Shown here one piece after another: positions 38,947-51,352 of a DNA stretch of 64,000 bases. The notes below the pieces were generated by a model. That model saw only the letters and a program-made list of their open reading frames with translations. It ran no database searches and was not told the DNA's origin. This stretch comes from Heptranchias perlo (taxonomy: Eukaryota): assembly GCF_035084215.1 (NCBI RefSeq), contig NC_090356.1, forward strand, positions 22,134,001 to 22,198,000, written 5' to 3'. Position numbers and translations under genes: made by a program. The number at the start of each line of letters is the position of its first letter. Within the stretch, counting starts at the first letter, position 1.

Positions 38947-39165
38947 GGGGAGGAACTTCCAAGTTCGGCAGGGGGTTGGGCGGGGGGGGTGGTGATAGGG
39001 GGAGGGTGGTAAAACAGGCAGTAGTGGATTGGCCACCCGTTATACACCCTGTCAATTTCCCTTTCCATTGATTTCAATAGAAATGAAAATCATGCGCGGT
39101 AAACAATAGGCGGCCAATCCACTCTCGCCTGTTTTACACCTCCGCCAAAGTTGAACATTCCGCCC
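38947..39165. mobile_element. Palindromic MITE
   Basis: Ends ggggaggaacttccaagttcggc / gccaaagttgaacattccgccc; central dyad ccattgatttcaatag, as in the 53154 element. Confidence 0.65.
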
Positions 39166-39829
39166 AAGATTTCTGTCCAATTTCTTGAATTACTGACACT
39201 TGTTGACATTTTTACTGCTGCTATATAATAGTGTTAGGATCTGTGCCATAATCAGTGATCTTAATTATTTTTCTGTCAACAGTCTTCTCCCCTCCTCTCC
39301 TTAATTTGTTGACTCTTTAGGCCCGGAAGCCCTCTGATATTTCCATGTTGGCCATTATTGATATGTGAACTCTAACAATCAGCAGGCACTTTGACCACAA
39401 AGGCCATTACTTCCAAGCCCAATCCTGCCCTCACTTAATGTCCCAGTGCACAGCAGGGGTTGCTGGATAGTCATGAGGAGTGAACTGTGGCCAACTGTTT
39501 CCCCCTTAACCGATGGGTGCTGGCTGAGACTTAGGATCAAACCTTGGACCTTCCTCATCTGTAAGGCTCAACTACTCACTGGATAAACTCACTGAGCCAT
39601 TAGGGAAGCTCCTAAATTGGTGTTATCCTGAGATTATGATCATTACGTAATCCTTCCCGGTATTACTGTCATTTCTACTCCGCATCTGTATATCATGTAT
39701 CTCTGGATTACAGTCCTTGTCTGACATTGCTAGTTCAGATTGACATTTTATCTCGCGATTGTTATCACTGATCTACACTTCCTAGTTTATTATAAAAACA
39801 ATAAATTTACTCTCGGTTTCACAAAACAC

Positions 39830-40150
39830 CACCAAGGTTGAAAAGAGTAAGGGAGAAGGCAAATTACTTCAAGGAACAGTGATTCCAAGCTTGGGCTTCA
39901 AACCCTGTAGATTATGGGAGGAAGGGAAGACTGAGGGAGGTAAAGAGTTCCACGGTTTTGAAGTCTTGGGAAAGAATGAGTTAACGTAGGAGATCGTGTA
40001 ATGAATCATGATTTCAACACAGTGACGAGGACAACATATTTGCAGTTAATGAACAACAAGAGAAGAAAGCCAAGGGAGTGTTGATAAAATAGAGAGCGAT
40101 AAGAAATCTTTAATTGCGGTTTATCCTTTATTGGTTTTCCAATAATTAAT
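39830..40150 (-). mobile_element. Old CR1/Jockey-group LINE 3' fragment (related copies 50090-50450, 53830-54030)
   Basis: Minus strand SFFPKTSKPWNSLPPSVFPSSHNLQGLK; shared ccaagcttgggc...gaagggaagactga block. Confidence 0.65.
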
Positions 40151-40834
40151 TTCCGGAGATAGAGGGGCACAAAGTTTCCAAATACTCCATCTGTCCTATC
40201 CCGGGATTGCTGTCACAGATGTGTATGTACAACCATTTTCTTAGTATATGCATCAATGTCTTTCATTTATGGGCAATCATTACTCATAGTCTCAGTGTCT
40301 TATCTGTTCAATTCTTGGATTATTATTCCTGATCTGTGTATATTAGATCCCAAGATCACAATGATGTATGCCCAGTTTTAATATCAATAACCTTGTTTCC
40401 TTGTGTGGGAATTACTAACTCTTATAAATGCAAGTTATTTTCTTTCTTATCTCTATCTTGTGTGCTTTTCATCCTGTGATAGCTATCCCCCAATTCTCCG
40501 ACTACATTCCTGGATTACATGACAATAAAAGAATTTTTAGAAACAGGACAAGATCATTAAGGACAGCAAGTCTGTCCCCTTTTCATAGGTCAACTCTATC
40601 TCCCCTACTTCTCACCACATTTCTCAATCTCTCGCTCCAGAAAGACATCCAATTGTTTATTGAACCCAGTACTGTCAAACTCTGCAACTTAATTTAGCCT
40701 CTTCTGTCACTGTTTTAATTGTGTCTTGTCATTGATTCTTACACTGTTCCTGGTTCATATCCTGGATTTGTTGTCTCTGATCTATGTACCTTGTGTGCTG
40801 TAACCCGGGATTATTGGCCTCGGTCTCTGTGTAC

Positions 40835-41070
40835 CTTGTGTGACCACTTTGCCGAATACAGGCAGTGTGTCGACAGTGGAGCAGTTCCATCGGCGGTTTC
40901 TGAACTGATGCTGACATTCTTCTATCGCCAGCTCCGCTCCTCTCCGCACTGAGTCCATCACCTCTACATTCCGCTTGCAGATCTGGATCTGTCGGTTTAT
41001 CAATCCCTTCAACCTCTCGCACGTTTCCTCATCCTGAATACTGGCGATCGACGACAGCTTGGCAAGATAC
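40835..41070 (-). CDS. WNT4: Wnt-4 exon 2 (236 nt)
   Basis: ttttaacag|G TAT CTT: [78 protein letters not shown](G)|gtacac. Confidence 0.99.
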
Positions 41071-44048
41071 CTGTTAAAACAAACAGAAGGCAACGGGTTA
41101 GCAGGAGCAAATATATAAAGCAGGGATCCGCATTATAAACAATAGGGGATGTAGCAGTTTAAAATAACATGGGGTTCCACCACAGTGTCTTGTGTGTTCA
41201 ATCCTTGGATTATCATTCCTGTTTGTGCATTAAATCCCCAAATTACAATGATAGATATATGCCTGGCAAAGCGGATCCGTCACATTTCAAAACGGGGGAT
41301 CCACCTCAGTGTAAAACAGAAGATCTATTACAGTACAGCCAGATATCATAGCTTCAGAACCCAAAAGACATTCTCTGGGCCAGTGCCAAAAATGTCTCAG
41401 CTATCTGTTTTCTCGACTTTCTTAATGTTTAGCATTTTACACTCAAATGTTTGTAATCACAGAAGTCAACACACGACGGAGATTCTAAGCAAAAAAAATG
41501 CGAACGAAAGTTGTTTGTAAATTCCATCTTTCCAAATTCGCTCCTTCAGTAAAATTTGAGTTAGAGAATCTGAGCGAGCTTTAGATAAACTCGTGACAAC
41601 TGTTAAAAGAAGGAACCATAGAGTGAAGACACATCAAACAGGTGCCCCCAAGGATTCGACAATCAGCTACACGGCAAACTCTGCTCTTCTACACATATTT
41701 TCCAATAATATTTGTAATATTTTACTGGCAGATTATTTTTTTTTGATAAGAGGGGTACTTTATCTCGGTGATGAGCAGTTTAAAAAAAAAGGTTCAGCCC
41801 TGCACCTTTTCCCTTCAGGGTATTTAAAACGGAAGCACTCAAGATTTTGTGTGTGTTTGGGGAAGGGGGTGTAGGGATAATTATGTTTTAATTTTGGGGG
41901 GGAGAATAATTATTTACTATTTGAATTCTTGTGGAAAAAAATACCAGAAATTGGATTGTGGGAATTGTGTAAGTCGAATATTGTGTTATGTATCGTACAT
42001 ATTTCGCTCAGTTCTAAAACATGTCATTTTATCGGTTTGAGGAGTTTTTTCTACATTAGGATATGTTACTGAATAAATCCTAAGATTCCAGTTGATCCGC
42101 CAATAAATATCTACATTTGAAAACAAATTCTTAAAATAATCTACAGAAAAGAGGGAAATTATTAAGCCCGAAAATTAAAAAATAACGGGGAAAACTATTT
42201 AACTAAGAAAGATGTAAAATCATCTCATCCTCGCTGTGTATTTGTAGTTTATGGGGAATTATCCTACTAAGTTTCACATTGGAGAAAGGACCTGGGGTGA
42301 ATTATGGACACCCTCCACTTGCCTGGAGGTTAATGAGTTCTCTCTCCATATACCAGCATGAAGCCTGCCAGGTCAGTCAGTATAGTTTTGGTAATGGTAA
42401 CAATGCAGATTCCTGTAAACCAGGACACTCCGGGTCTCACAGATTTCTCACATTCTAAACGTTATTGGAAATTAACACAATTCTTTGTTCAAAAAAAAAA
42501 ATCGCCTTTTGTAATTAAAGGGTTAAGGGTATCTGGATATTTCTTTCTGCAGGTTGGTACACATTTATTTAACCCTTTAACCTCCCTCCCCCATCCCCCC
42601 CAACCCTCGAATAACTTGATCGCAGAAGAGGCTGCCCTGCCTCCCTCTTTTGGGTAGGATCGCCCATAGTAAATACAAATCAGACTGGCGAGGTATCTGT
42701 TGTTTGGGCGGTTCACAGTCAGCACTGTGACTGTAAACGAGACTGCTGTTGTGCAAAACTGACCTTCAACTCCCCCAAACAGCTCCCCCTCCTCGGTTTT
42801 GCCCAGTATCGTTTGGAAAACAAATACCTTCTTTAATCAGACATGGGAAATAGACAGGTCCACCTCTCTCACACTATCTATGTTTCACTCGTTCTCATGT
42901 TTTCTCTCTCGCGGAATACAGGAGGAAATATATATGTTTCCCCAACAACAGAGAAGGACAGAACAACTGTATTTAATTCCGTCGCTCTATAAATCACACG
43001 AAATGCTAATTGTGTAGAGCCAGCATCACACTCCCTTGGAATTACCTTGCTTTTTTTTTATTGCCACATGCTGATAATTTAAATACGCGCGAATTCTTGA
43101 TGGAAGCAATTTTTAAAAACAATTCTAAATCCACCCCTTACAACCATCCCTGTTATACATGGGTCTGGTTATAAGCAATTTTTTGTTATTACGGGTCTAT
43201 ATTGGAGAAATGTCTGTGTCTATGTCTAAATACTGACAATTCAAACACTGGACATCACTACAATATAGGGAGAGGCTATATCCCAGGTACCATCAAGCTA
43301 TTATTATTCTATTATATCAACATTTTATTCACGACTGACATATTTTGACTCGTTTCCTTCTTAAAAATAAAATTATTGGAATAAAGCAGCCTCGGGGGAA
43401 ACCCACAATTTAAACAACACGCCTGTCATCTGCCGGTACCTTCACTCACAGTATGAATGAAAAATGAGGATTAATTGAAAGCACGTATCTACTGAAGTCT
43501 AGAACAGGTCTGTACAAGTCTATTTTTTTCTCTCACTCTCACAGATCACCACACCTAACTAATCAAAAATTAATGGATTGAAATAAATAAATAAAAATGA
43601 CACCCACCACCCCGAGGGGCATTTATTATAGGCTGAGTGATGTGAGTAATTTTTAAAAAAACTTTCAAATCTTATAAATATAAATGTAACTTCACTATAT
43701 TATTGTAGAACAAGGATCATTTTAAATTGCCAAATACGTTTGCTATTTAAAAAGGGTGATATTGTTTTATTGGGAAACTTTCAGAGCCTGAATGATAACA
43801 GAGTGAGAGTCAAGGGTTAGAGAACACTCTTCCAGATGAATCTGAATGTCTGAATTTTTTGAAAATCACCAAAAGACAACAGGGAAACAAAATATGATCT
43901 TTTTTTGGAAGAGAACGAAACTTGACTCCCCCACCCCCCATGCATTCTGCATGTTGCACCATCCCGCCTATAGATGAGAGAATTAAAACCTTTTTTTTGT
44001 TGCAACAATAATATAAATGTAATAAGTCTTAATAATAATAACACTTAC

Positions 44049-44125
44049 AGCCAGTTACTAGCATTTGCCGAAAACAGAGCCAAGATCAGGACGAGAAGCG
44101 AACGCAGGAAGCAGACCGGAGTCAT
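44049..44125 (-). CDS. WNT4: Wnt-4 exon 1 coding part (77 nt, signal peptide)
   Basis: MTPVCFLRSLLVLILALFSANASNW(L)|gtaagt; total CDS 1056 nt = 351 aa, the same length as human WNT4. Confidence 0.98.
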
Positions 44126-44429
44126 CACGAAGTTCAGCAACCTAAAATCCAGGCAAAAATATCTGTTCCCTTAATTGCAGATGATTTTTTAAGTGTTTCA
44201 GATTTTTTCCCCCATAAAAATCACATAAAGTGCAACAAGTCTTTTTAGTTTTCCAGGCTGTTTGTTACAGGTTTTTAAAAAAAAAATCTTCGCCCAAAAA
44301 AGATCCACTCAATTTCTTAAAAGTTATAATCAAGAATGTCGCCAATATATATATAAATATATACGGACGGAGAGATCGCCTTTAAGTGCTGTTTGAGTGT
44401 GGTTATAAGTGATTTCTGGTGAAATAACA

Positions 44430-44830
44430 CAAGCCTTCCACGGTCGAGGGATGTGATGTGGGTTTAGCGGAGGTTCGGTGAAGCTCTAGCCGGGTCCAAG
44501 CGCGCTCTGGTTGGGTTGGAGAGGCAGGAGGTAGCGCTGCGAATCCCGGTGCGGTGTCGAAGGCTTGTATCCGTGGGATGTTGCGCCTAGGCTGGGTGAG
44601 CAGGAGAATGCGAAGAGCCGAGCCGAGCCCCGCTCGGATCCCTGATCGGGCACAGAGCCCCCCCGGGGGCGTGGTAGGCAGCACAGGGTTGGACCGACCA
44701 CCGCGTCAATCAGCCCCACAGGCTGCTTCCATTCGCCGCTGTGTGTGGTTTATAGAGGCGCTGATGAGTCACTGATTCACTGACAGGAGCACCATCTGAC
44801 AGCGAATACACCAGGAGATCCGGAGAGAAA
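44430..44830 (-). promoter_or_regulatory. WNT4 CpG island / core promoter
   Basis: CpG-rich; TATAAA on the minus strand at 44754-44749; AP-1 TGAGTCA at 44765-44771 and variant TGATTCA at 44773-44779; predicted TSS ~44720. Confidence 0.7.
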
Positions 44831-45989
44831 AACACTGAAACAACCGGTAGAGGGAGAGAAGTAAAAGAGAATGAGGGTCACTGGATTTCTCACCCTTTTG
44901 GTGCAGGCATTTCTCCTTTTAAGACTTTTTAAAAAACCGACCAAAACTTAGTCTTATCAAAACGAGTTGTTCTTTTTTTCCCCCCTATCATTTCTCTGTG
45001 GCAAGTGATTGCTCGTGTTGGTTTACAGTCACACGGGCACCAGCATCTCTTGGGCACATCACCCAGTTAGCCACATTTCATGTGCAAGATTAGAAAGTGA
45101 ACGTGAGCAGGCTGTTTGACTGTGGATGGTATCAGAGCCAAGCCCGAACCTGTTCTCACCCAACGTTCACTCTTTCCAATAGGGATCACAGGATAGCGAC
45201 GGGGGGCATGGACCGTGGCTCATTTCCCTGCTCCCAAACCCAGGGACACTGAGGCCATTTGTAGCATTCCAATTGTCTCCCTGGTTGAGATCAGCTAACT
45301 CAGGACAGACTGGGAATCGAAAACAGACTCATCTTTTCAAACTGAACTGTTGTAATAGGTATTTTCCCTTCCTCTTGCTAGCATTCGCTGGGACAGCAGC
45401 TAATTAATCTTAGCCTCTTTATTGAATCTTTTCCCTTTAAAAATAATCACAGTCCCACGTGTAACAAAATCATATTCTTTATAAATAGGTTTATTATTTA
45501 ATTACACATGGCGCACAGAAGGAATCTTCGCCCAAGGTTAGTGCTGATGGCAACAATGAGAGTGAGGATGAGGATGGAATCATATGACAGTGATGCATTA
45601 AAAATCTCTGCATTGGATGACTGAAGTTTCTGGCCAGAGATTGAGCACAAACAGCACTGAAGAAACCAATGTGGTCACCTGAATTAGACTCAACCAGGGT
45701 CCAGGCTGGCGTGTTCACAGGGGTAGATAAAAATTACTCTCATCTCTTGACAGCCGGACGTCCCAAGCCACAAAAGGATCAATCATGAAGGAATACAAAG
45801 GCAATTGATCCCCAGCACTTTGAAAGGGCAGTTCATGGGGGAAGGGAGACCAAGAGCTATTTCAGTATGCAAGACAACTTGCTTTTCACTCTGTTTATAA
45901 GCACCATGGTGACACATAAGTTGCATGTCATAACAATCACTGTGGCAGATCAATTCACACTTATTTTTTAACATTTAAGCTAGTAAATT

Positions 45990-46440
45990 AGAAGATTATC
46001 CTTTCACCTCTGGAACCTGGTTCCAATCCAACCCAGATTTAGTGATGAACAAGTCTCCACTCTCTAACAACTCATAAGAATTTTGGGTGAAAGGTATTTA
46101 ATGCTTTGGGATGTCTTGGGGATGTGAAAGGTGCTATATCAATGCTAGTTCTTTATTAAACTTCTGTGCACAGTACCAAACTACTCATAATTCAGCATAC
46201 ATTAGCATTAAATTAGTCTCAAAGATACCATAAGGATGGTTGGCATGGGAAATGGAAATGTCACACTGATTCAGTAACAGATGCTCCCCTGAAGTTGCAT
46301 TTAAGGCATATTGCTTACATGAAATAGAGGGTGTTTTACCATAAATCTAACACATGCTATACCTGACCTGAGTGAACTCCTGAATGTCAATGATTAGCAA
46401 AAGTGGACAAATATTCCATTCTTTCACTTTAACACCACAA
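45990..46440 (+). mobile_element. LF-SINE-like element with an internal L2-type tail fragment
   Basis: cctttcacctctggaacctggttccaatccaacccag head; catgctatacctgacctg block. Confidence 0.55.
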
Positions 46441-46909
46441 ATTGCCCCTTTTAATAAATACATTATTTGATAAAAGCCCTTTAAAAATTATACTGTTATA
46501 GATAGACCTGGAACCTTTCACTCTGCAGTGATTGCTTTACAGTGCAGCCTATTCCCAGAACTGAGCTCTGCTTGTGAAACTCCTCAAAATGAATGACAGA
46601 GCTCCTTTAAGAGACAATTCCTGTTTGGCCCTACATATAGGTGGGGATTCAGTTTTTATTTTTGTGAACATCTGAAGGTTTTAAGATGAAAACACTTTGT
46701 AGGATGCAAAATGTACAGTATAACTGTTGTGTAATTGATTGTTTGGCAATATTAAGCTGATGCTATCAGGCTACATTGGGCTAGATTCAAACACTGGCAC
46801 AGAGAGTAAATAGGAGGAAAATGGTCTTAAGGAGCATACTATTCCATAAAATAGTATTTGGATCTTATTCAAAGCAGGTGCTATTTGTTGTATTCATTAT
46901 AAACAAAAA

Positions 46910-47550
46910 TGGGCCCAGGTTCAAATCAAGCCCAAACTGATGAGATGAAAGTCTCCTTTGTTGGCTGTAAGGGTTCTATGTGAATTGAGTTTGGGTAGTC
47001 TCAGTCCACATCTTAATGGGTCCGTTCTCCTAGGTGGGCTGCAACCAAGGCTTTTTACTATGGGGGGGGGGCACCTGTACCCATCAGACACAAGTACCCC
47101 AGCTGGATGTCAGTCAAGCATTCAGAACCGATGCTCCACTCGCCAGTGCTGTCTGGAGTGGGGGTGAAACCCAACCCTTCTGACTCAGAGGCAGGAATAC
47201 TACCACTGAGCCAAAGGCTCACTCTTCCTAGTGGGTATGGACCCACAGAACTGCCCTCATTCGATACTAATTTGGCAAACTCACTCCGAGAACTGATACA
47301 ATGGCTGGTTTGGGAAAGGGGAAATTGTCACACTCGTGCTATGGCAGGCATTCTTCTGAGGTTTGGGCTGAGAAACATTGCTGGACCAGAGGAATGGGAA
47401 TTTTACTCTGCAACTAACCATGTTATAACCAACCATGCTATAACCAACCATACTATAAACAACCATGTTATACCTGATCTGGAAGTGCCTGAAATGAGCA
47501 AGTGTTCCATTCCCAGCACTAACATTCGTCACCTTTGTGGAATGAAAAAA
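46910..47550 (+). mobile_element. LF-SINE-like element interrupted by a reverse tRNA-SINE head (~47060-47215)
   Basis: ggttctatgtgaattgagtttgggtagtctcagtcca; resumes cctagtggg...aatttggcaaac; insert reads tggctcagtggtag...ctctgagtcagaagg on the minus strand. Confidence 0.6.
47416..47475. repeat. 15-nt tandem repeat x4
   Basis: aaccatgttataacc aaccatgctataacc aaccatactataaac aaccatgttatacc. Confidence 0.9.
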
Positions 47551-49656
47551 ATCACAAAATCTCATTTTATAGTGAGATGAGCCCCAAACATGAGTCTTGA
47601 ATCATCAGGACAAGAAGAATAGTGGGAATTAAACATGGCAGATTGTAGGAGCAAGGGTAATGGGAGTAGTGTGGGAGAAAGTGTGACATTAGCAAAAATA
47701 TTCTTAAAAAAAACTTAGAAAGACCACAAGAATGGATTGTGTGGGGAGTGAAAAACTCAGGCTGGTCTAGTAAGGGATAAGTTCTGAGGTAGTGAGATAA
47801 AATATACTGGGAGTGAAATTCCTCTTGCTGATACAAGTTTAGCTACTTTAACACATAGCCTGTTTATTTTAAATGGGTTAATAACTGCATTAAAATAGTA
47901 CAGACAGAAATTTAACAAAAATGCGTTAATCGTCATACTAAAAATAGCACACAAGAAATTAAATCTACAGTCATATTTTTGATATTGGTGTAATCATTAC
48001 ATTGCTGACATTGATCTGCTTTGTGCAGCATTTTGGGATGAGAACATACTACTTAAAATTTAATTTTCTTGCTAGTGTCATAATGGAACTGACCATGGTG
48101 CTTTGTAAATAGTATTTTTGACAACTTTATCTCTGTTTAAATCACTTGGTCAGAACACTCATGGAGCTTGACGGAATTAAATGATGAAAGGTTACTCCTA
48201 GATGTTAACCTTTCTCTTTCAGACACTCACTGACCTGCTGTGCATTTCCAGCATTTTTTATTTCAGGTTTACAGCATTTGCAGTTTTCCTTTTAACCCTT
48301 GTAAGCTGAGTTTGCCATTTGTTGCTTGTTAACCTTTACTGCATCATCTTTACCTCTCAATCATCCAAATAGCTTACAAACAGAAAATAAAACAGATAAA
48401 AGACAAGATAGGAAAAATCAATGCTACTTTGTTGTTAAGGAATAACAGCATGGGCATCACCTTGTGTGTTATTGTACATTCAGATCAAATTCCTTTGCTT
48501 GCTGTTTTAACTGAGATGTTAACTCATTATGCAGCATACTATTATCTATCCACTATTCTAATGGAAACGTTAATCCAGCAAAAATAAATTAATGTCTCCA
48601 TTAAAACAGTGGACAGATAATATAGTACAGCATAGTTTACAGGCTAACACATTGTGAGATGTCTTGGGGCATTCTATTACATTAAAGGAACAATACAAAT
48701 ACAAGGTGCTGCTACTGAAAGACTAAAAGTTTGAGCAGAAACCTGATTTTTAAAAAACTGGGTACTTGTACAAATGATAACTCTACATATTTCATTGCTA
48801 ACTTTACCTTGTTCTTACCTCCCAGGCTCAAGGTAGGAGTGTAGATGAGTGGTGACCTTTTGGTCCACTGTAAGACATGACACATTTCTAGGAGAAACCA
48901 GTCAGCTCTTTACTAGAAACCACTTTCCAAGTTTCATTTGTCTTAATCTTTTGTGCTGTCCTTTCCCACTCCCCAATCTGAGGAAGTGCAGGGCTCCTGT
49001 TATCACTTTATAAAGAGCTGGCTCGGCACCCATATTAATCAAATCCACAGACACTGAAAAGCAACTGATTTACTACTGAGCACTGGGCCACATGCCAAAT
49101 GCAGTGTGGTAAAGAGGACAAAAAAATCTTAGTTTTAAACAGTAAAATTAACAATAAAGCAGATTATCTCCATTTTTCAAAGTTCCATTTAACTCTGCAT
49201 TTCCTAGCAATTTAACAATGACGATTATCCCAATGGGAATGTTTTTGTGTTTAGCTATACATAAGTCACTCACAGGAAAAGGGATATTTATCTCGTAACT
49301 GATTGTACTTCTGAAAGATAGGGATTGAGAATATTACGGTGAAATCCCATTAAATACAATAACACACATCACGTTAGAAAACCTTGTATTTGGCACTCCA
49401 GGATGGCTCTGCCTACTGGTTAAGACAGCGGGTAGCTGAGGCGTAAGGACCAAGAAATTTCCAAATTCACGTTAGCTGATCTCAGGCCTGACTGTGGAAG
49501 AGGAAGGGGTGCCTCAATTGAACTCAGTGCTCCGTGTTAAGTAGGTAAAAATCGGCCAGAGTTGCCGCTCCTGATTGCTTATCTAACGGCCCCTACAGGA
49601 GCACGCATATTTAGATGATGGGTAGGACAGGATCAGGCTTTGCTGCGATGTCTCAT

Positions 49657-49843
49657 GTCAATCAAAATCACCACGGCACTCAACTTCTATGCCACTGGCT
49701 GCTTTCAGGTGGAATCGGGGACATTTGCAACATTAGCCAATTGGCAGTCTGCAGCAAGCAAGTAACCAATGGATTGTTTATGTGAGCTGCCCAGTTCATA
49801 TTGTTTCCTTTGGACCGAGCACATTGATGTGATAGTGCTGTCA
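49657..49843 (+). pseudogene. Isolated Harbinger transposase fragment inside a SINE-A copy
   Basis: SIKITTALNFYATGCFQ...DICNISQLAV...QFILFPLD; aligns with 52064-52231. Confidence 0.85.
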
Positions 49844-51352
49844 CTTATTGCCTAGGCTCACATATGAAGAATGGCTCTTCAACAAGGTACTGAAGGTCAC
49901 TTGTCTCTCCTGGAACCATACACAGCAAGGATTAACACTTTCAGGAGAGGTGAGATGGAAGGGGCAAAAAAAGTCCCTGTTTCTAACCAGATTATCATTT
50001 AACAGAGATAGTCATACCAGTCTAGAAAGTGATGATGGGTTTTTTTTAGGTGAAGGGGGAAGACCCATATTGCAGTGAGGTTAAAAATAATAAAGTCAGA
50101 CAGGTAGAAGTGATTAGGTGATGCCAAGCTTGGGTTTTGAAAGCCTGTAGATTTCAAGAGGAAGGGAAGACTGAAGGAAGTTTCACAGTAGTTCTTGGGG
50201 GAGAATAAGTTAAAGTAGGAGATGGTCTTGGTTTCAACTCAACAAGGATGCGGGGAGGAGAAAGAGCATGTAGGTTGGAATTTTTAGAGTTTAGTCGGGA
50301 TAAGTAAGGAAAGATCAGAGGATCAATAACCTAGGATTATTGATAAAGTAGAGAGACAAGAAAGGCTGTGATGGAGACAAAAATTGGATCACTGGTTAAT
50401 AAGTATGTGATGGGAGTATAGTCGTGGATTAATTTTGCAATTAAGGTTCATGGTTTGACAATTTTTTAATGGATTTGTTACCTTCTAATTCTTCCCTTGT
50501 TTTTCTTTCCTCTTGCTTTTCCCCAGGCTTCTTGCCAAGTTGCCCTAAAGCCTGTTGAGGTGTCTTCCTTTGAATTCTCCCCCTCCCTGGATGGAGTCTG
50601 TTCATCACCCCCTTCACAAAGGTATGGCAGTGTACAGCAACCCAATGAAGTGTGCCACAAATTTGCAGCCCACTACTCCATGGTACAACTTGTTGACTCT
50701 CTGAAGCACTGTGCCACAGTTTAAAGTTAAGGATCTCATATTAAAATAAGAAATTTAGGCAACATTTTTAGTGAGAGGGTGATAGAAATGTGAAACAGAT
50801 GATCAGCAGTGATGGTGGAATAGTAAACCATAAAAGATGGATTTCTGTTAGTAAAGAAGATTCAAGGCTAGATTCACAGTAAGTAACCTGATGTGTGGCT
50901 TCGGAATGGTAGAGTAGGTAGACCAGTGGTTTTCTCCTGCCCAAAATATTACTATGTTAGTATATTTTGTAAATGTATTAAGCTAATATGTGCAATGTAA
51001 ATATGTAGATTCAGTACTGGTCATAAAACTTGCCCTCAGTGATTTTTGCTGAGCTCTAAACTACTTCAAAAGCAATTTGTCAAATATCCTAGCTCACCTT
51101 TATTCCTGGTGCAAGAAACTTCATTCCACATTTCAGTGGCTCACCTTAAACTCTGGCGACAAGACAGAACAGCTTGCTGAATTCATGTTAGAGCTTGATG
51201 AATTTTCATTTGAACTAACATAACTCAGAAGGTCTCAGCCAGATAAATTCACACATAAATCCAAATCCTTGACAAATGACTTCAAACAGGATGTCCAAGA
51301 AACAAGAAATTTCAATGGAGGTAGGTAATTTTTAACCTTCTCTAGACTTGCT

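Noticed and set aside
41071-44048. Oestrogen response element in intron 1, by analogy with human WNT4
   Set aside because: Only isolated half-sites seen (e.g. ggtca at ~42371); no full GGTCAnnnTGACC found by eye.
47107-47580. 157-aa ORF with NHVIT/NHAIT repeats; also considered as a CRISPR-like array
   Set aside because: It runs across nested SINEs; the repeat is a spacer-less 15-nt tandem duplication in eukaryotic DNA.
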